Assembly (NCBI GenBank): GCA_049589215.1
Contig: JBAWAI010000584.1
Coordinates: 1 to 60,865, forward strand
Origin: Terriglobales bacterium
GTDB lineage: Bacteria; Acidobacteriota; Terriglobia; Terriglobales; Acidobacteriaceae
Reading direction: 5' to 3'
Length of the DNA stretch: 60,865 nt
Of this stretch, positions 55,328-60,865 are shown piece after piece (position 1 is the stretch's first letter; every line of letters begins with the position of its first letter). The translations under genes were made by a program, and so were the position numbers. Below the pieces are notes generated by a model. It did no database searches and was not told the origin of the DNA. It worked only from the letters and a program-made list of their open reading frames with translations.

Positions 55328-58300
55328 CGGATGTCACCTTGTTTGAGGTGTGGGGTGGTGTGAAGTCTGACAGTAAGCACCTGAAATGGTTTGATCGGGA
55401 TACGGAGATCTTCGCCTCGAATTGCGATTTCAGCCCCATTGTCTTCAAGCAAATTGCACAGCCATGCACGCTCGAACCTGAGGAAAGGGCTGTGGATCTT
55501 GACGTCTGAGGCTATTCCCGTTGTGTCTTGTAACCGGAGAATCGTTCCATCGCCATCTTCCGCGCGCTTCCATGTGAGCAGGGTTACTCCGGGATTGTCG
55601 ATCTCTAATAGGCTGGCCCCCCGATTTGGAAACGAGGAGGAATCCTGTGTACCTGATACATCGTCGCGCTCGAGGGGAGTTAGCGCCTCCAAACCAAAGC
55701 GTGTAAGCGCGGGCGGATCGAGCTGCGCGTCGCTCGTGATGGCGTAGCGAAAAGTGAAATCGCCGCCCTGCCATGCAGGGAAGTTAGTGCCCCAATAGTT
55801 ATTCATGAGCCAGGAAAGAATTGCGCCACGCTTTGTCGCGAGCCCCGCCGGCTTGAACTCCGCGGGCCATTCGCCGCGAACAATATCACCAAAGGCAACC
55901 AGCGGAGCGTCGAGCGGAACAACCGTCGCGGCCACTTGCGAATTGTATACAGACGCCCAGGTTGTCGGCAGATACCATTCGCGGCTGCCTCCAATCAACT
56001 CATCTTTCGCGGGATTCACCCATGCCGCCTGTGAACCATATGTGAATGACGGCGTGGTCACGGCGAAAGGGAACGCGATGTAGGCCGACTCTCTCGTGAG
56101 CACGCGCTCCTTATGTAAATGATGAGTAATCAAAATTGTTTTTGTAGAATCTGGGAGCAAAATCTCAGTCCGAATCAAAGGGGTATTTGGCGCGGACGAA
56201 TTGAGAACTGCACTGATTCCAACCGGCGTCTTGGTCGCAGATATCAGCTTTCCCGAATTCGCAGCATGAACGGTCAGCGCCGGAGGCTTCAGTCCACTTC
56301 CAAACCGGTAGAGCGAGTTCTCCAGATAACTGTCGCCGCCGGTGACGTAGAGATACTGGCCAAATTTGTAAGGGCTTGCCGTGTCGATGAGTTCGCGACC
56401 CAGTTGTTTGTCAAACACACTCGCGATCGCCCCCGATGACGGATCCAGCGTAACCCGATAGAACTCGTTCTCTAGAACATTGCCTCGAATCTCCTGCGGC
56501 GCTGCACGTTCTTTCGCAATTGACTTGACGGTGTAAAGTTTGTATCCCACCGCAGGCACAGCCTCAGCCAGAAAGCGCACGCGAACACTGCCCGGCCCGA
56601 ATCCTGGTAGAGAAATTCCTCTACCTTTAAAGAGTGTTTCGACGGGAATCTCGGCGCCGCTCGCGGAGTCCACCAGCGTCGTGCCATCTGGCAAGTCGGT
56701 CTCGACGATGCCCGAGCGCGCCCAGTTCAACGAGTTGAACACGGCAATCGAATTGTCTTTCGTCTTTACAAGCGCTTCAAGCTGGCCCCATCCGCGCTGA
56801 ATCGACTCGTTGATATCATCGCGCGCTCGCTCTACGCGAGATTCTTTGAGCGCGATTTGGTCCTCGCTCTGATGATTCTCCGGCTGAGTGGTCGCGCTGA
56901 CATAAGTCCACGTGTGCTCGTCATACAAAAGCTCGTTATGCCACGCATCATCGAGCAGGCCTTTGTCGGGACGGACTCGCGTATCGATCGACGAAACAGC
57001 TGCCCCCATGATCTCAGCGGTTGCAATGCGATGCTGGTTTTCCCGATGGATGGCAGTGTGCGCGGCGTCGGAGCCATATCCGTCCTCCCAGTAAGGACCG
57101 AAGTCGCCTCGGACCACCGGAATTTCGCCCTTCCACTCATGCTCAATCCGTTGCATCGCGGAGTGCACGGTAGAAAATTCAAACTTGGGCCACGCATATT
57201 CGTGACGGACACTGGCGACGATTTCACTCTGCTCTTTCGCGAGCGGTGTGTTCTCAAGCTGTGTGCCGAAGATGATCGCGGTGTTCGCCGTATAGTCCGG
57301 ACGCGTATATGCCTGTAGAAAAACCGGCAACGAGTCACGGATCGACTCGATTCGCCACGGGCCGCCAAACAACGTGTGAGCTTGCAGGTATGCGCGCGAG
57401 TACCACATGAGCACGCGCCCGCCATCGGGACCTTCCCAATAGAACGGTGACTTCTCGTTCCATCGTCCCAACAACATCACCGGAGCTCGCCAGCTGTTGC
57501 TGGCCGCGACAAAATACTTGATGCCCGCGTCATGCAGAAGCGAAGCATAGCCCCACGTGTAAGCCGGGACATCCACAATCTGCGCCGCATCGGAGGCGGG
57601 CAATTTGTATTCGCGCGCGAGATTGTGCCGGCCGTAGAGAGAGCGCGCCAGGGCTTCGCACGATGCGTTCCCGGTATGTTGATTCGCAAACTCCGGAGGA
57701 ATGACGATGCTACCATCGCGAACATGCGCCAAAAACTGCTCCCGCGCCTCCGAGCTGCGTCCGTTTAAATATTGATCGGCGACCCAGCTTCCATCGAGCG
57801 TCCAGCGGAAATCGGGCGTTTTGTTGATCAGCCCCATTGCCTCGTCGATCGATTGTGAGTGAAGCTCGGCGACTTTCGCGGGGTAATCCGTGAAACCAAC
57901 ATCGAGATGTTCGTGCGGTATGAGTGCGATCGTCCACTTTTTCGCGGGCTCGATCGTCGTAGAGGCGGCGAATTTTCCAGTGCGTACCGTGGCGTCGGCG
58001 GCGCCTGCCCACTCCGGCACATCAAACTCGAGCCGCGCCTCGCCGAAGTCGTTGGTCGTCGTCAACAGATCGCTGAGGGAATGTCCCGCAATGCGAAGTT
58101 GCACGGAGTCGTTCCTCCGAAGCATGGAGGCGCTTATGAAAACATCCACCACTTCCACCATATTCGATTTCGATTCGCGATAAAAAATCGTCGGCTCAAT
58201 CCGAGCGGCGAATGCACTCTCGTCGTATTGCGCGGCATCGTCTTGAACCAACTCAAGCGCGTCATAGATCAAACCAGTGTGCCCCGGCGCAATCGCGCCG

Positions 58301-58860
58301 AGCGAATTTTGCGGCGTGGCCGGATCGTCCATGGCGGTGAGAACGAACGCGTTCTCTCCCTTCCGAAGCCAGGCAGCGGGAATCGAAATTGTTTTTTCGT
58401 CGATGGAGGTCTGGGGAACGAATGTTCCTTCCCAATCGCCGGCGCGAAAATCAAGTTTGGGATGGAAGTAGAAAAACCCGGAGTGTCCGTTAACTTCCAA
58501 CTTTAAGAATGACAGACGCGGGGTCTCATACAAGATTGCGAGCCTTAGCCGATAAACGCCGGCCGGGGCATTGTTCAGCCCAAATTTGATCGTGAACGGA
58601 TGAAGTCGCCCACCAGCGATTCCATTGGCGGGTCCGGGCTGAAAGCGATACCAATCTTTATCGCTGCTTTGGCCCACCACAAATATGGGATCGTTCTTGG
58701 GATCCGCATAGTTGATGTCTTGACTCTTGAATTCGCCTGAGGATCCGTCGAAGGTCCCGATGTTCCAGAGAGTTTTCTCGGTTGCGTGCGCGGCCGCAGT
58801 CAGTATGACCGCCATGAAGAGAGCGGCCGTTACTTTGCGAATTGTCTTCGCGCTTACCAT
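55324..58860 (-). CDS. Secreted glycoside hydrolase family 38 (alpha-mannosidase-like) with a ~290-aa N-terminal extra module
   Basis: Signal peptide. GH38 metal-site motif IPHEHLDVGF near aa 305. 1178 aa. Confidence 0.8.
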   Translation of the reverse strand: MVSAKTIRKVTAALFMAVILTAAAHATEKTLWNIGTFDGSSGEFKSQDINYADPKNDPIFVVGQSSDKDWYRFQPGPANGIAGGRLHPFTIKFGLNNAPAGVYRLRLAILYETPRLSFLKLEVNGHSGFFYFHPKLDFRAGDWEGTFVPQTSIDEKTISIPAAWLRKGENAFVLTAMDDPATPQNSLGAIAPGHTGLIYDALELVQDDAAQYDESAFAARIEPTIFYRESKSNMVEVVDVFISASMLRRNDSVQLRIAGHSLSDLLTTTNDFGEARLEFDVPEWAGAADATVRTGKFAASTTIEPAKKWTIALIPHEHLDVGFTDYPAKVAELHSQSIDEAMGLINKTPDFRWTLDGSWVADQYLNGRSSEAREQFLAHVRDGSIVIPPEFANQHTGNASCEALARSLYGRHNLAREYKLPASDAAQIVDVPAYTWGYASLLHDAGIKYFVAASNSWRAPVMLLGRWNEKSPFYWEGPDGGRVLMWYSRAYLQAHTLFGGPWRIESIRDSLPVFLQAYTRPDYTANTAIIFGTQLENTPLAKEQSEIVASVRHEYAWPKFEFSTVHSAMQRIEHEWKGEIPVVRGDFGPYWEDGYGSDAAHTAIHRENQHRIATAEIMGAAVSSIDTRVRPDKGLLDDAWHNELLYDEHTWTYVSATTQPENHQSEDQIALKESRVERARDDINESIQRGWGQLEALVKTKDNSIAVFNSLNWARSGIVETDLPDGTTLVDSASGAEIPVETLFKGRGISLPGFGPGSVRVRFLAEAVPAVGYKLYTVKSIAKERAAPQEIRGNVLENEFYRVTLDPSSGAIASVFDKQLGRELIDTASPYKFGQYLYVTGGDSYLENSLYRFGSGLKPPALTVHAANSGKLISATKTPVGISAVLNSSAPNTPLIRTEILLPDSTKTILITHHLHKERVLTRESAYIAFPFAVTTPSFTYGSQAAWVNPAKDELIGGSREWYLPTTWASVYNSQVAATVVPLDAPLVAFGDIVRGEWPAEFKPAGLATKRGAILSWLMNNYWGTNFPAWQGGDFTFRYAITSDAQLDPPALTRFGLEALTPLERDDVSGTQDSSSFPNRGASLLEIDNPGVTLLTWKRAEDGDGTILRLQDTTGIASDVKIHSPFLRFERAWLCNLLEDNGAEIAIRGEDLRIPIKPFQVLTVRLHTTPHLKQGDIR

Positions 58861-60047
58861 TTCGGCTGTGTGATCACATTCCCCCGCCGGCGCGAATCGT
58901 CCGTCCAGGCTCCCATCTCATGTTGCTTGGAGAGTTCGTGATAACGCGCCAGTTTGTCGCGATCGAGTTCCACACCGAGTCCCGCACCAGTCGGCACCGC
59001 CATCGCGCCATTCTTATATTGCATCTTGCCACCCACAATGACGTCGTCGGTGAGGTGGTGATAATGCGAGTCGGGCGCGAGCACAAGATTCGGAAGACAG
59101 GCGGCGAGGTGGAGCATGGCGGCTTGCGAGATTCCGAATTCCGCGCCGCTGTGCATACCTGCGTCCACGCCCATCGCTTCGCAAATCTGGGCCGCGAGTT
59201 TAGCGCGATGAATGCCTCCATACCAGTGCGGGTCAAGCAGCACCACATCGAGCACATCTCCCATGATTGCAGGCGCCAGGTCCTCAAATGCGAACACCGA
59301 CATATTTGAAGCCAAAGTGACCCACGGCGCTTTCGCGTTGACCCGCTTCATGGCACGCATCCCCCAGACTGGATCTTCAAGGTATTCAATATTGAAGTCG
59401 TGCAAACGGCGCGCAACGTCGATGGCCGTGGTCACCGTCCACACGGCGTTGGGGTCGAGCCGTATGCGATGCTTCGGAAACGCCTCCCGCAGGGCGATGA
59501 AGGTGTCAATTTCTTCGTCGGGAGGCAGAACACCATTCTTGTACTTCAATGTCTTGAAGCCATGCTTGCCGACGACTTCTTTCGCAAAACCGACCATTTG
59601 TTCGATGGTCGAAATTTCGCCAATGCCTTCTTCATTCGCATAACGGTAAAAAAGATAAGCGGCGAACGGAATCTCATTCCGAATGCGACCTCCCAGCAGG
59701 TCGCATACCGAACGCTTCAACGCCTTTCCTTGAATATCGAGAATTGCAAATTCAAGTCCGGCAAATCCAAGCACAAAGCCAAAAAGCTTTTCCGAACTCG
59801 GCGCCGCAACTTTCCAGCGAAGTCGTTCCAGATTCATGGGATCTTCACCGATCAGCAGCGGCTTCAATTCCGCCAATTGACCCGCGCGGCTGGCACCGCT
59901 GTAGCATTCGCCGAGGCCTGTGATGCCTTCGTCGGTTTCAACCTCAATGACGATGCGTGAAAAGCCAGGATGAGACCCGATCGAGTAACGCAGGGGCGCT
60001 TCGATGGGAATGAAGGCGGGAGTCCAGCGAATGTCCGTAATCTTCAT
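58854..60047 (-). CDS. Enolase-superfamily acid-sugar dehydratase, glucarate dehydratase (GudD)-like
   Basis: Aligns by eye with E. coli GudD blocks (LKYKNGVL..., RIRLDPNAVW, EYLEDP, LLDPHWYGG, GMHSGAEFGIS, GLGVELD). GGAGAC precedes ATG 60047. Confidence 0.8.
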   Translation of the reverse strand: MKITDIRWTPAFIPIEAPLRYSIGSHPGFSRIVIEVETDEGITGLGECYSGASRAGQLAELKPLLIGEDPMNLERLRWKVAAPSSEKLFGFVLGFAGLEFAILDIQGKALKRSVCDLLGGRIRNEIPFAAYLFYRYANEEGIGEISTIEQMVGFAKEVVGKHGFKTLKYKNGVLPPDEEIDTFIALREAFPKHRIRLDPNAVWTVTTAIDVARRLHDFNIEYLEDPVWGMRAMKRVNAKAPWVTLASNMSVFAFEDLAPAIMGDVLDVVLLDPHWYGGIHRAKLAAQICEAMGVDAGMHSGAEFGISQAAMLHLAACLPNLVLAPDSHYHHLTDDVIVGGKMQYKNGAMAVPTGAGLGVELDRDKLARYHELSKQHEMGAWTDDSRRRGNVITQPKW

Positions 60048-60076
60048 GGTGTCTCCGGTATTGTGTCTCCGGTCCG

Positions 60077-60865
60077 TTAGCGTTGGTTCGCGAGCAACTG
60101 CCCGCGAATACCGACCCGCGCCCGGCAAATATGCCAGCGGCTGAGGTTGGCAAAATACAGCTCGTCAAAATTTGCGCCGCCAAATGCTGCGTTCGTCGGG
60201 CTCGCCAGCATCGTCCCTTCCGGGTCTGACGCGAACAGCGAAACCTTCCCGGCGGGCGTGACCCGGTATACATTGTGCGAGGCATAACAAGTCACGTATA
60301 GGTTGCCCTCGGCGTCGAGCGCCGCGCCGTCCGGCACATTCTCTAACCCGGCAGCGTATACGCGAGGAATTCCAATCCCCCCCGTATTCAAAAGTGGTAC
60401 CGCGAGCACATCGTTTTTTGTGCTCTGCACGACGTAAAGCGTATGCTCATCAGCGCTCAGTGACAGCCCGTTCGGAAACGAGAGGCGGTCCAGCAGTTGT
60501 TCGATCTTGCCATTCGGTCTTAGCACAAAGAGAAAGCCATCATCTTTCTTGAACTCGCCGGAATCGCTGAAATAAAGGTTGCCCTCGCGATCGAACACGG
60601 AAAAATTCGGATTACGAAGCCGATAACGTCCGGCTCGTTCCCAGGAACGAATCGTCTTGCCGGAGCGGTCAAGCTGAATCAGTGCGCCCAGTTTAAAGTT
60701 GCAAACGAACAACTCCTGGCGTCCGGAGAACGTAAGTCCGAGATTGAAGCCTCCGAGTGTGGCTACCGTTCGGACTTTACCTTTTGGACTGATCTTGTAG
60801 ATCTGGCCGAGTTCGCCGCCCGCCCAAAGGTTGCCGTCTGCGTCAAAAGCCAGTCCTTCGGGATG
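60077..60865 (-). CDS. SMP-30/gluconolactonase/LRE-family protein, 5' end beyond the window
   Basis: The reading frame stays open to the window edge (HPEGLAFDADGNLW...). Repeated NG(L/I) beta-propeller motifs (PNGLSLS, PDGAALDAEGNLYV). Confidence 0.8.
   Translation of the reverse strand, partial: HPEGLAFDADGNLWAGGELGQIYKISPKGKVRTVATLGGFNLGLTFSGRQELFVCNFKLGALIQLDRSGKTIRSWERAGRYRLRNPNFSVFDREGNLYFSDSGEFKKDDGFLFVLRPNGKIEQLLDRLSFPNGLSLSADEHTLYVVQSTKNDVLAVPLLNTGGIGIPRVYAAGLENVPDGAALDAEGNLYVTCYASHNVYRVTPAGKVSLFASDPEGTMLASPTNAAFGGANFDELYFANLSRWHICRARVGIRGQLLANQR

Noticed and set aside
1-60865. Scan for tRNA, rRNA, CRISPR arrays, IS elements, integrases, prophage or classic defence genes.
   Set aside because: I saw no T-loop/acceptor-like tRNA signatures in the spacers and no rRNA-like stretches. 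There are no regularly spaced repeat-spacer arrays. No transposase, integrase or recombinase-like ORFs are present, and there is no marked compositional island.

Overview
This window is high-GC bacterial chromosome. The gene content suggests Acidobacteriota: carboxypeptidase-regulatory-domain TonB receptors, a CRTAC1/TPR pair and an ECF sigma factor paired with a Ser/Thr kinase. That taxonomic call is inference only. I found no rRNA, tRNA, CRISPR array, transposase or integrase.

Layout:
- 47-6187: a PLD-superfamily protein with an odd low-complexity tail, a small helical protein, a translationally coupled ECF sigma/Ser-Thr kinase-TPR pair, and an untracked 51-aa repeat-peptide ORF.
- 6375-27761: one uninterrupted minus-strand gene array. 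It contains a complete group 1h (high-affinity, 'Hhy'-type) [NiFe]-hydrogenase operon, in transcription order: hhyS, hhyL, NifU-like, DUF5947-like, DUF6084-like, a conserved unknown, an extended maturation protease, a small TM protein, two YceI-like proteins, hypC, hypD, hypE, a double-SIS protein, a glutaredoxin-like protein, hypA and hypB. No hypF is present. Upstream of it sit an orphan second small-subunit paralog, a soluble PAS histidine kinase and a NarL-type regulator. Further upstream are PaaI thioesterase, a zf-UBP protein, an aldo/keto reductase and trxB.
- 28114-35334: a small basic protein, then an envelope-to-c-di-GMP module (TonB-dependent receptor, YfiR/DUF4154, hybrid kinase, REC-GGDEF).
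- 36164-47012: a lone CzcA-type RND pump, a membrane PAS-LuxR regulator, PaiB, exported MsrB/MsrA, and a CRTAC1 + TPR pair.
- 47275-60865: a mannoside/sugar-acid utilisation locus (TonB receptor, PMI-like protein, esterase, mutarotase-like protein, SDR, GH38, GudD-like dehydratase, SMP-30 lactonase truncated at the window edge).

The best candidate for an undescribed system is the orphan HhyS paralog wired to a two-component system directly upstream of hhySL. Two secondary candidates follow. One is the triple-repeat sORF, whose repeats differ only at synonymous sites. The other is the pair of cytoplasmic YceI-like proteins plus a small TM protein inside the hydrogenase operon. All family names come from motif recognition by eye; no database search was run.
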